Of a stretch of DNA of 64,000 bases, positions 1 to 8,386 are shown one piece after another (the stretch's first letter is position 1; every line of letters begins with the position of its first letter). The position numbers and the translations under genes are program-made. The notes beneath the pieces were generated by a model that saw nothing but the letters and a program-made list of their open reading frames with translations, was not told the origin of the DNA and did not search any database. Origin of the DNA: Steroidobacteraceae bacterium (GTDB taxonomy: Bacteria; Pseudomonadota; Gammaproteobacteria; Steroidobacterales; Steroidobacteraceae); the NCBI GenBank assembly GCA_035632655.1, contig DASQGK010000098.1:7810-71809 (forward strand), written 5' to 3'.

Positions 1-53
1 ACAAGGACATGTCGACGCTGCAGCAGACACTGCTCGGCGCGGAGGCGCGATGA
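1..53 (+). CDS. trpB: tryptophan synthase beta chain, extreme C-terminus (partial, begins upstream of window)
   Basis: Frame open from the window edge, ending ...KDMSTLQQTLLGAEAR then TGA at 51-53. The stop overlaps the trpA ATG (ATGA), as in trpBA operons. Only 17 codons are visible. Confidence 0.55.
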   Translation, partial: KDMSTLQQTLLGAEAR

Positions 54-814
54 GACCCCACGAGCGCATCAGCGGCGCGATCCGCTCCGCTGCGCTTAAG
101 GGCGAGCCCGCCCTGGTCGCTTACCTGACGGCGGGATTTCCCAAACGCGAGCAGTTCGCGAGGCACCTGGCGGCGGTCGCGGGAGCATCCGACGTGGTCG
201 AGATCGGGGTGCCGTTCACCGATCCGATGGCCGACGGCGTCACCATCCAGCGCGCGAGCCTCGCCGCGCTCGCACAGGGCGTGACGCTGCGCTGGATACT
301 GGAGGAGGTGGCGGCGCTGGGCATCGGGACGCCGCTCCTGCTCATGAGCTACCTCAACCCGCTGCTGGCGCTCGGCGTCGCCGAGCTCGCCGAGCGCGCA
401 GCGCACGCAGGTGTCTGCGGCTTCATCGTGCCGGACCTGCCGCTCGATGAGAGCAGCGAGCTGCGCACGGCACTCGCGGCGCACGGCATCGCGCTGGTAC
501 AGATGGTCACGCCGGTCACGCATCCTGAGCGGCTTGCGGCGCTCTGCGCCAACAGCCAGGGATTCGTGTACGCCGTCACCATGACCGGCACCACGGGTCG
601 CAACGTCGCGGTGCCCGATGAGGTGATCGCCTATCTCGAGCGGGTGCGCCGCGCCGCCTCGGTTCCGGTGTGCGCGGGCTTCGGCATCCGCACGCGTGCC
701 CAGGTGGAGCGGCTGCGCGGGCACGTGGATGGGGTCGTCGTGGGCTCGGCGCTGGTCGAGGTCCTCGAGCGCGACGAGGATCCGGCCCGCTGGCTGAAGG
801 AGCTGCGCGCATGA
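50..814 (+). CDS. trpA: tryptophan synthase alpha chain
   Basis: 254 aa. Typical TrpA motifs are present: LVAYLTAGFP, EIGVPFTDPMADG, GFVYAVTMTGTTG, GFGI. Confidence 0.95.
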   Translation: MRPHERISGAIRSAALKGEPALVAYLTAGFPKREQFARHLAAVAGASDVVEIGVPFTDPMADGVTIQRASLAALAQGVTLRWILEEVAALGIGTPLLLMSYLNPLLALGVAELAERAAHAGVCGFIVPDLPLDESSELRTALAAHGIALVQMVTPVTHPERLAALCANSQGFVYAVTMTGTTGRNVAVPDEVIAYLERVRRAASVPVCAGFGIRTRAQVERLRGHVDGVVVGSALVEVLERDEDPARWLKELRA

Positions 815-1533
815 AGACGCTTACCATCGCGGCGCGCTTCTGCGGCCCGGCGAGCTCCTCCAACGGCGGCTATTTCGCCGGCCGCGTGGCGGCGCTGGCG
901 ACGCGCACGGTCACGGTGCGGCTGCTGAAGCCGCCGCCGCTCGACACCGAGCTCAGCGTGGAGGAGCTCGAGGGCGGCGCGCTGCGCGTGCTCGCGGGAG
1001 CGGAGCCGGTGGGCGAGGCGCAGCCCGCCCTGCTCACTCTCGACGTCAGGCCCGTGCCGGACTACCTCGAGGCGGTGGAGGCTTCGCGTCACTACGCCGG
1101 CTTTCGCTATCACCGCTTCCCGACCTGCTTCGTGTGCGGCACGCAGCGGGTGCGCGGCGACGGCATGCGCATTTTCGCCGGCCCGGTCGGCGATCGCGGC
1201 ATCGTCGCCGCGCCGTGGGTCCCCGACGCATCGCTCGATGCAGGCGATGGCAAGGTGCACGCCGAATTCATGTCGGCGGCGCTCGACTGTCCCGGCTACT
1301 ACGCGGTGGCGCCCGATGACCGGATGATGCTGCTCGCCGCCTTCACGGCGCACGTCGACCGGCGCGTGCACGTCGGAGAATCCTGCACGGTGGTGGGTTG
1401 GGCGATCGGCTCGAGCGGACGCAAGCACGAGGCGGGCACCGCGCTCTTCGACGGCAAGGGAGAGCTGTGCGGGCGGGCCCGCGCGCTGTGGATCGAGCCG
1501 CGCGCCGCGGTGGAGACCGCCCAGGCGCTGTGA
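811..1533 (+). CDS. hotdog-fold (PaaI-like) thioesterase-superfamily protein, function unknown
   Basis: ATG at 811 overlaps the trpA stop (ATGA). The CFVCG motif and a C-terminal hotdog-like segment resemble PaaI-type thioesterases. The upstream part of ORF 670..1533 lies inside trpA and is not used. Confidence 0.6.
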   Translation: MKTLTIAARFCGPASSSNGGYFAGRVAALATRTVTVRLLKPPPLDTELSVEELEGGALRVLAGAEPVGEAQPALLTLDVRPVPDYLEAVEASRHYAGFRYHRFPTCFVCGTQRVRGDGMRIFAGPVGDRGIVAAPWVPDASLDAGDGKVHAEFMSAALDCPGYYAVAPDDRMMLLAAFTAHVDRRVHVGESCTVVGWAIGSSGRKHEAGTALFDGKGELCGRARALWIEPRAAVETAQAL

Positions 1534-1537
1534 CGAC

Positions 1538-2914
1538 TCAGGTCCGCGCCGCGCCCGCCGGCATCATGTGCGCGTGGCGCCAGCCGCCGTACTTGTAGTA
1601 GAGCACCGCAAGCAGCGCCGTGAGTCCCGAGGAGACGGGGAAGCTCCACCACACGGCATCCGCCCCGTAGCGGCCGAGGAACAGCTCGGCGACCGGGAAG
1701 CGCACCACCAGCAGCGTCACTGTCAGAATCACGAGCGGCGCGATGACCGCTCCGGTCGCGCGCACCACGCCGAACAGGGCGACCGCCACCCCGAAGAATA
1801 TGAACGAGCCCGTGACCACGCGATTGAGGTGCGAGGCGATCGGCAGCGCCGCCGATGCCGACGGCAGGAAAAGCGCGAACAGCCGGTCGTCGAGCAGCTC
1901 CATGGCGAGCGCGATCGCGCCCGTCAGCGCCACGTTGTAGACGACGCCCCAGCGGGCGATGCTGCGTACGCGCAGCCATTTCCCCGCGCCGACGTTCTGC
2001 GCCGTCATGGCCGACATCGCCATGGCGACCGCGAAGGCCGGCATCTGGATGTAGTTCCACAGCTGCAGCGCCGCGCCGAAGGCCGCGGTGGTGTCGACAC
2101 CGAAACGGTTGACGAGGGTGATCATCAGCACGCCGGAGAGCGACAGCACCAGCATCTGCGCGCTCATCGGGATGCCCTTCTTCACCAGCGTCCCGACCAC
2201 CGACCAGTCGACCTTGAGCAGCGCGAGCTCGTCCTTGTGCAGCACCAGCAGGTGGCGGCGGCGGTAGAGGTGATTGATGAGCGCGGTGAGGCTCACCGCC
2301 TGCGCGACGAAGGTTGCGAGAGCGGAGCCCGCTATCCCCAGGCGCGGGATCGGTCCGACGCCGAAGATGAAGACCGGGTTGAGCGCGATGTCGAGCCCCA
2401 CCGACAGCAGCATGAAATAAAACGGGGTCTTCGAGTCGCCGGCGCCGCGCAGCATCGCGCCGACGTACGCATAGAGATAGAGGAACGGCAGCGCCAGGAA
2501 GATCACCCGCATGTAGGCCACGGCGAGATCGAGCGAAGCCGCGGGCGTGCTCATGGCGATCAGCAGCGGCCGGCACAGCACCAGCCCGGTCACCGCCATC
2601 GCCATCGAGATGCCGGTGAAGAAGGTGGCGCTGGTGCCGACGACGCGCTTGGTTTCGGGGATGTCGTTGGAGCCGATGCACTGGCCGACCAGGATGGTGG
2701 CGGCGAGCGCCACGCCGAAGGCGGCTCCGATCAGGAGGAACATCACCGTGTTGGCGTTGGAAGTAGCGGTGAGGGCCGCCTCACCGAGGTATCGCCCGAC
2801 CCACACGGAGTTGACCGAGCCATTGAGCGACTGCAGCACGTTCGCGAACAGGATCGGCAGCGCGAACCTGAACAGCACGGCGGGGATCGCCCCCTCGGTG
2901 AGGTTACGCTGCAC
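1538..2914 (-). CDS. MATE family efflux transporter
   Basis: About 458 aa and polytopic. N-terminus NLTEGAIPAVLFRFALPILFANVLQSLNGSVNSVWVGRYLG is typical of MATE/NorM. GTG start at 2914 shares one base with the ubiB TAG stop. The upstream 190 codons of the 647-aa ORF are Arg/Ala junk inside ubiB. Confidence 0.88.
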   Translation of the reverse strand: MQRNLTEGAIPAVLFRFALPILFANVLQSLNGSVNSVWVGRYLGEAALTATSNANTVMFLLIGAAFGVALAATILVGQCIGSNDIPETKRVVGTSATFFTGISMAMAVTGLVLCRPLLIAMSTPAASLDLAVAYMRVIFLALPFLYLYAYVGAMLRGAGDSKTPFYFMLLSVGLDIALNPVFIFGVGPIPRLGIAGSALATFVAQAVSLTALINHLYRRRHLLVLHKDELALLKVDWSVVGTLVKKGIPMSAQMLVLSLSGVLMITLVNRFGVDTTAAFGAALQLWNYIQMPAFAVAMAMSAMTAQNVGAGKWLRVRSIARWGVVYNVALTGAIALAMELLDDRLFALFLPSASAALPIASHLNRVVTGSFIFFGVAVALFGVVRATGAVIAPLVILTVTLLVVRFPVAELFLGRYGADAVWWSFPVSSGLTALLAVLYYKYGGWRHAHMMPAGAART

Positions 2915-4575
2915 TAGCGCCTTGAGCCGGCGAGTGCGGCCAGGGCGCCCGCCGCGGCCAGCACCCAGCCCGGCCAGGTGCCGCCGCCGTCGATGGCGAG
3001 CCATACGAGCCCGCCGAGCAGCAGCGCCGCCCCGACCGTGACCAGGTCGCGAGCGCGGCGCTCGGCGCGCAGCTCCTGCCGCAGCTCGCCGCGCAGCTCC
3101 TCGCGCAGCTCCTCGAGCCCGGGTGCCGCGGGCGGCGGCGCCGCCGGCGCCGCGTCGCGCCGCAGACGCGTGGCGATGAGCGCCGGGAGTCCCCGCAGCG
3201 CCTCGAGCAGCTCGGGGGCGCCCGCGCGCAGGCTCTTGATCAGCGCGCCGACGCTGGTGCGCTCGCGCATCCACTCGCGCAGGATGGGACTCGCGGTGCT
3301 CCAGATATCGAGCTCGGGGTAGAGCTCTCTGCCTAAGCCCTCGACGTTGAGCAGCGTCTTCTGCAGCAGCAGCAGCTGCGGCTGGATCTGCATGTCGAAG
3401 CGGCGCGAGATCTCGAACAGGCGCAGCAGGATCCGCCCGAAGGAGATGTCCTTCAGCGGCCGGTCGAAGATCGGCTCGCACACGGTGCGGACCGCCGACT
3501 CCATCTCGTCGATCCGTGTGCCGGGCGGCACCCAGCCCGACTCGAGGTGCAGCTGTGCGACGCGGCGGTAGTCGCGGTCGAACACGGCGAGGAAGTTCTC
3601 GGCGAGATAGCGCTGATCGCCCGGATCGAGCGTGCCCACGATGCCGAAGTCCACGGCCGCGTAGCGCGGATGCTGCGGATCCTGGACCAGAACGAAGATG
3701 TTCCCGGGGTGCATGTCCGCATGGAAGAAATTATGGCGGAACACCTGGGTGAAGAAGATGCGCACACCGTTCTCGGCGAGGCGCGCGATGTTGGTGCCGG
3801 CGCCCCTGAGCGCCGCCATGTCGCTGATCGGGACGCCGTGGATGCGCTCCATCACCATGACGTCGGTGCGGCAATAGTCCCAGTACACTTCCGGAACGTA
3901 GAGCAGGTCGGTGCCGGCGAAGTTGCGCTTGAGCTGGGCGGCGTTGCCCGCCTCGCGCATCAGGTCGAGCTCGTCCAGCACCGTCTTGTGATACTCCGCC
4001 ACGAGCTCGCGCGGGCGCAGCCGCCGGCCCTCGCGCCAGTAGCGCTGCGCGAGGTCGGCCAGCGCGTGCAGCACCTCGAGGTCGCGCTCGATGACCGCGC
4101 GCATGCCGGGCCGCAGCACCTTGACCACCACCTCGGTGCCCGCCGGCAGTCGCGCGGCGTGCACCTGGGCGATGGAGGCGGCGGCCAGCGGGTTCTCGTC
4201 GAAGAACGCGAACACCTCGCTCAGCGCGCGACCGTAGCTCGACTCTATCTGCGCGCGCGCCAGGCTCCCGGGGAAGGGCGGCACGCGGTCCTGGAGCTTC
4301 GCCAGCTCGTCGGCGATATCCGCGGGCAGCAGGTCGCGGCGTGTCGACACCGCCTGCCCGAACTTCACGAAGATCGGGCCGAGCTCCTCGAGCGCGAGCC
4401 GCAGCCGCTCGCCGCGCCCGCCGCCGCGGCGCCGCGCGAGCCACACGTCCGGCGAGCAGTACAGGAGAAAGCGCAGCGGCCTATATAGATGAGTGGCGCG
4501 GACGTAATCGTCGAGGCCGTGCCGCAGCAGCACGCGCTGGATCTCGAGCAGCCGCAGCAACACCCGTGCCTTCAC
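2914..4575 (-). CDS. ubiB: ubiquinone biosynthesis regulatory kinase-like protein UbiB
   Basis: 553 aa from GTG at 4575, which overlaps the ubiJ stop (GTGA). ABC1/UbiB motifs are present (FVKFGQAVSTRRDLLP, AASIAQVH, HADMHPGNIF), and there are C-terminal TM helices. Confidence 0.92.
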   Translation of the reverse strand: MKARVLLRLLEIQRVLLRHGLDDYVRATHLYRPLRFLLYCSPDVWLARRRGGGRGERLRLALEELGPIFVKFGQAVSTRRDLLPADIADELAKLQDRVPPFPGSLARAQIESSYGRALSEVFAFFDENPLAAASIAQVHAARLPAGTEVVVKVLRPGMRAVIERDLEVLHALADLAQRYWREGRRLRPRELVAEYHKTVLDELDLMREAGNAAQLKRNFAGTDLLYVPEVYWDYCRTDVMVMERIHGVPISDMAALRGAGTNIARLAENGVRIFFTQVFRHNFFHADMHPGNIFVLVQDPQHPRYAAVDFGIVGTLDPGDQRYLAENFLAVFDRDYRRVAQLHLESGWVPPGTRIDEMESAVRTVCEPIFDRPLKDISFGRILLRLFEISRRFDMQIQPQLLLLQKTLLNVEGLGRELYPELDIWSTASPILREWMRERTSVGALIKSLRAGAPELLEALRGLPALIATRLRRDAAPAAPPPAAPGLEELREELRGELRQELRAERRARDLVTVGAALLLGGLVWLAIDGGGTWPGWVLAAAGALAALAGSRR

Positions 4576-5183
4576 GGCGCACGCGTTCCGCCGCGAGCCG
4601 CGGCGCGGCGGGTGGTGAGCAGCTCGATGCGTGCGGCCGCGCGATCCACGTCCTCGCGCAGCGCGTCCACGCCGCGCAGGAACTGTTCGCCCTCGCGGCG
4701 CGGCACCAGGTCCGCGCGCTCGTGCGCGAGGTAGTCGGCGCCGTTGCGCCAGGCGCTGCGTGCGGCGCCGCGACCCCATTCGAGCGCGCCGCGCGCGAGC
4801 CGCCCGAGCTGATGGGCCGGCACGTCGCCGAGTACCAGCGACAGCTCCTCTTCGGGATCGGGCCGCAGCAGCCGCGTGAGCTCGCGGAATTTGGCGGCGA
4901 TCTCCGCATCGCCCGTAATGTTCGCGTCGCCGCGTTGCAGCGCCTGCTGCGCATCGGCCCCCATGAGCGCCAGCAGGCCGAGCGGTCCGACTTCGAGGCG
5001 CGCATCCGCATCCGCGGCGCTCTCGGTCACGCTGAGCGTCGCGCCGTTCGATTCGATACGCAGCGTGACGAAGCCGCGCACCTCGAGCGCGAGGCTGCGG
5101 CCGGCGAGCTCCGCGCACAGCTGACGCGCGCGTCCCGAGCGGGGCAAGCCGCGATTCAGGAGGTTGCCGAGAATCCCGGTCAC
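4572..5183 (-). CDS. ubiJ: ubiquinone biosynthesis accessory factor UbiJ (SCP2 domain)
   Basis: 203 aa. It sits between ubiE and ubiB as in the gammaproteobacterial ubiE-ubiJ-ubiB operon, with an SCP2-like N-terminal half. Confidence 0.8.
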   Translation of the reverse strand: MTGILGNLLNRGLPRSGRARQLCAELAGRSLALEVRGFVTLRIESNGATLSVTESAADADARLEVGPLGLLALMGADAQQALQRGDANITGDAEIAAKFRELTRLLRPDPEEELSLVLGDVPAHQLGRLARGALEWGRGAARSAWRNGADYLAHERADLVPRREGEQFLRGVDALREDVDRAAARIELLTTRRAAARGGTRAP

Positions 5184-5196
5184 TGAGGCTGCAGAC

Positions 5197-5961
5197 TCAG
5201 TACCGGTAGCCGCGATGCACGGCGACGATGCCGCCGGAGAGGTTCTGATAGCGACAGCCTTCCAGGCCCGCCTCGCGCATCATCGAGAGGAGCTTCTCCT
5301 GGTCCGGGTGCATGCGGATCGATTCGGCGAGGTAACGGTAGCTCGCCTCATCTCCCGCGACCCAGCGCCCGAGTGCCGGCAGCACGCGGAAGGAGTAGGC
5401 ATCGTAGAGCGGCTTGAGCGCGGCCAGCTGCGGCTTCGAGAACTCGAGGATGATCAGCTGACCGCCAGGCTTGAGCACGCGGCGCATGCTCATCAGCGCT
5501 GCGGCCTTGTCGGTGACATTGCGCAACCCGAAGCCGATGGTGATGCAGTCGAAGGCGCCGTCGGCAAACGGCAAGCGCTCGGCATCGGCCTGCACGCAGG
5601 CGACGTTGCCGGCGTTCCCCGCATCGATCAGCCGGTCGCGGCCGCGCGCGAGCATCGCGGCGTTGATGTCGGTGAGGACCACGAGACCACGCTCGCCTAC
5701 CTGGCGGGCGAGACCCGCGGCCAGGTCGCCGGTGCCGCCGGCCACATCGAGCGCGCGCTGCCCGGCGTGCAGGTTGGCGAGTGCCAGCGTATAGCGCTTC
5801 CAGAGTCGATGTGCGCCCGCCGACATGAGATCGTTCATGAGGTCGTAGCGCTCTGCGACCGAGTCGAATACCGCCCGCACCCGTCGCGTCTTGTCCTCCG
5901 GGGACACGCGCTGGAAGCCAAAGTCGGTGGAGTGCTCCTCGCTCATGCTTATGAGACGCAT
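5197..5961 (-). CDS. ubiE: demethylmenaquinone/ubiquinone C-methyltransferase UbiE
   Basis: 254 aa. Motifs: [25 protein letters not shown] and the SAM motif LDVAGGTGD. An alternative start is at 5946 (MSEEHS). Confidence 0.95.
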   Translation of the reverse strand: MRLISMSEEHSTDFGFQRVSPEDKTRRVRAVFDSVAERYDLMNDLMSAGAHRLWKRYTLALANLHAGQRALDVAGGTGDLAAGLARQVGERGLVVLTDINAAMLARGRDRLIDAGNAGNVACVQADAERLPFADGAFDCITIGFGLRNVTDKAAALMSMRRVLKPGGQLIILEFSKPQLAALKPLYDAYSFRVLPALGRWVAGDEASYRYLAESIRMHPDQEKLLSMMREAGLEGCRYQNLSGGIVAVHRGYRY

Positions 5962-6037
5962 TCTAGTCGATAGGGCATTGCATCTTCCTCGCGCTGATGC
6001 GCTAGAATCGCGCCCGTTCAGGGGGGTCTTGCAAGGG

Positions 6038-6074
6038 GCGGGCCGGGCAGAAATGTCCGGCCCGCTTTGCTTTA
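6038..6074 (+). terminator. GC-rich hairpin GCGGGCCGG-N10-CCGGCCCGC followed by TTTGCTTT on the + strand
   Basis: 9-bp perfect stem read directly. The T-rich tail is on the + strand only. The hairpin lies just past the DUF971 stop on the - strand. Confidence 0.3.
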
Positions 6075-6413
6075 TGCGCGCGCGCGGCGCTCGAGATAGC
6101 GCGCCCAGTTACTCTCGAAGCAGCGCCCGAGCTCGTGCAGGTATTTCCAGGTGTAGAGCCCCGTGTCGTGCCCGTCGTCGAACACGAGCTTCACCGCGTA
6201 CTGTCCCACCGGCTCGACCGCCCTGATGCCGACATTTTCCTTGCCGAGGACCAGCACCTCCTGGCCGGGCCCGTGGCCTTTCACTTCCGCGGACGGGGAG
6301 TGCACGCGCAGGTACTCGAATGGCAGGTCGAAGCGGCTGCCGTCATCGAAGCTCACCTCGAGCACACGCGAGGCGCGCCGCAACCGCAGCTCGGTAGCGA
6401 TGGGGTCTGGCAT
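6072..6413 (-). CDS. DUF971 domain protein (gamma-butyrobetaine hydroxylase-like N-terminal domain)
   Basis: 113 aa. The pattern [27 protein letters not shown]...[21 protein letters not shown] is typical of DUF971. Confidence 0.8.
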   Translation of the reverse strand: MPDPIATELRLRRASRVLEVSFDDGSRFDLPFEYLRVHSPSAEVKGHGPGQEVLVLGKENVGIRAVEPVGQYAVKLVFDDGHDTGLYTWKYLHELGRCFESNWARYLERRARA

Positions 6414-6570
6414 GGTGGACGCGCAGTATAGGCAGGCGTGGCAGTGGTGATATGCTGCGTTGCAGCAATAGCGCCAGGATCACGATTTGCAACGATGACA
6501 ACCGGGTGTGCGCCTCTATACTCTGCCTCGCCTTGGCGGCCGTGAGGGCAAGCTCGAGCCTGAGTGAGTG

Positions 6571-8385
6571 ATGGAACCTACCGATACTTCCCACCCCGAT
6601 TACTATCATCGAGTTGTGGACTGCCAGTGGGCCTGCCCGGCCCACACCGATGTTCCCGAGTACATCCGCCTGATTGCGCAGGGCCGCTTCACCGACGCCT
6701 ACATGGTGAACCGGCACTCGAACGTCTTCCCGGGCATCCTCGGGCGCGTGTGCGATCGTCCGTGCGAGCCGGCCTGCCGCCGCGGGCGCATCGAGCAGAA
6801 GCCGGTGGCCATCTGCCGCCTGAAGCGCGTCGCCGCCGATCACCGTGACGACATCACCTCCAGGCTCCCCCCGATACCGAAGCTGAAGAACGGCAAGCGC
6901 ATCGCCTGCATCGGTGCCGGCTGCGCTTCCCTCACGGTGGCCAACGATCTGATGCCGCTCGGCTATCAGGTGACGATTTTCGAGCAGTATGGCGAGCCTG
7001 GCGGCCTGATGCGCACCAACATCCCCTCGTTCCGCCTGCCGGCGACGGTATTGAACGAGGAGATCGCGCAGATCACCGGCATGGGCGTCGACCTCAGGCT
7101 CAATACGCCGGTGAAGAGTCTGCGCGAGCTGCTGCGCTCGGGCGGTTTCGATGCGGTGTTCGTCGGCTCCGGCGCACCGAAGGGCAAGGAGCTGACTCTC
7201 CCCGGGCGCGAGGCCGGCGCCGCCAACATTCACATCGGCATCGCCTGGCTCGAGTCGGTGGCCTTCGGTCACATCGACAAGATCGGCAAGCGCGTCCTCA
7301 TCATCGGCGTCGGCAACACGGCGATGGACTGCTGCCGCACCAGCCTTCGCCTCGGCGCCGACAGCGTCAAGGTCATGGCGCGCAAGCCGCGCGGCTTCTT
7401 CAAGGCGTCCGCCTGGGAGCTCGAGGACGCCGAGGAAGAAAGCGTCGAGATCGTGGTCAACCGCGCGCCCAAGGCCTTCTGCTTGGAGGGCGGCCGGCTC
7501 ACCGGCATGCTGTTCGAGAAGATGGAGTACGACCTCGATGCACAGGGCCGCATCGTGCGCGAGCGCAGCACCGGCGAGGAATTTCTGCCGGCGGACGACG
7601 TGATCCTCGCCATCGGCCAGGAGAACGCTTTCCCCTGGATCGAACGCGACCTCGGCATCGAGTTCGACAAGTGGGACGTGCCGGTCATCGACAAGACGAC
7701 CTTCCAGTCGAGTCTGCCGCAGGTGTTCTTCGGCGGCGATGCGGCCTTCGGGCCGAAGAACATCATCTGGGCGGTCGAGCACGGGCATCAGGCTGCCATC
7801 TCCATCCACCGGCATTGCCAGGGTGAGGCGGTGGCCGAGCGCTTGCCGCCGGGCGTCAATCTGCAGAGCCGCAAGATGGGCATGCACGAGTGGTCGTACT
7901 CGAACGACTACACGCCGGTCGAACGGCGCCTCATGCCGCACGTGTCGATCAAGGAACGCTTCAAGAAACTCAACATCGAAGTCGAGCTCGGCTTCACCGC
8001 CGAGCAGGTCGAGCAGGAGGTGCAGCGCTGCCTCAACTGCGACGTGCAGACGGTGTTCACGGCGAAGCTGTGCATCGAGTGCGACGCCTGCCTCGACATC
8101 TGCCCGGTGGACTGTCTCACCATCACGCACAACGGGGAGGAGGGCGAGCTGCGCACCCGGCTCAAGGCCAAGGCGTTGAACCTGACGCAGCCGCTGTACG
8201 TGTCCGCCGCGCTCCCGCAGACCGGACGTGTCATGGTGAAGGACGAGGACCTGTGTGTGCACTGCGGGCTGTGCGCCGAGCGCTGTCCCACCGCGGCCTG
8301 GGACATGCAGAAGTCCGAGATCCGCTGGCCGCATGCCGCGGATGAGCCCGCGCCGCCGGTGAAGCGCGCCGCCAGGATCGCCTGA
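6571..8385 (+). CDS. GltD-like NAD(P)H-dependent flavoprotein with C-terminal 2x[4Fe-4S] ferredoxin domain (putative third subunit of the 2-oxoacid oxidoreductase)
   Basis: About 604 aa. It has an N-terminal Cys cluster (CQWACP...CDRPCEPAC), the dinucleotide fold IACIGAGCASLTVANDL and a second VLIIGVGNTAMD, and C-terminal CIECDACLDICP and CVHCGLCAERCP. ATG at 6571 (GTG at 6568 also possible). Confidence 0.8.
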   Translation: MEPTDTSHPDYYHRVVDCQWACPAHTDVPEYIRLIAQGRFTDAYMVNRHSNVFPGILGRVCDRPCEPACRRGRIEQKPVAICRLKRVAADHRDDITSRLPPIPKLKNGKRIACIGAGCASLTVANDLMPLGYQVTIFEQYGEPGGLMRTNIPSFRLPATVLNEEIAQITGMGVDLRLNTPVKSLRELLRSGGFDAVFVGSGAPKGKELTLPGREAGAANIHIGIAWLESVAFGHIDKIGKRVLIIGVGNTAMDCCRTSLRLGADSVKVMARKPRGFFKASAWELEDAEEESVEIVVNRAPKAFCLEGGRLTGMLFEKMEYDLDAQGRIVRERSTGEEFLPADDVILAIGQENAFPWIERDLGIEFDKWDVPVIDKTTFQSSLPQVFFGGDAAFGPKNIIWAVEHGHQAAISIHRHCQGEAVAERLPPGVNLQSRKMGMHEWSYSNDYTPVERRLMPHVSIKERFKKLNIEVELGFTAEQVEQEVQRCLNCDVQTVFTAKLCIECDACLDICPVDCLTITHNGEEGELRTRLKAKALNLTQPLYVSAALPQTGRVMVKDEDLCVHCGLCAERCPTAAWDMQKSEIRWPHAADEPAPPVKRAARIA

Positions 8386-8386
8386 C

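Noticed and set aside
1568-2917. 449-aa + strand ORF rich in His/Arg/Asp/Glu.
   Set aside because: It is antisense to the MATE transporter gene, which has convincing polytopic membrane character.
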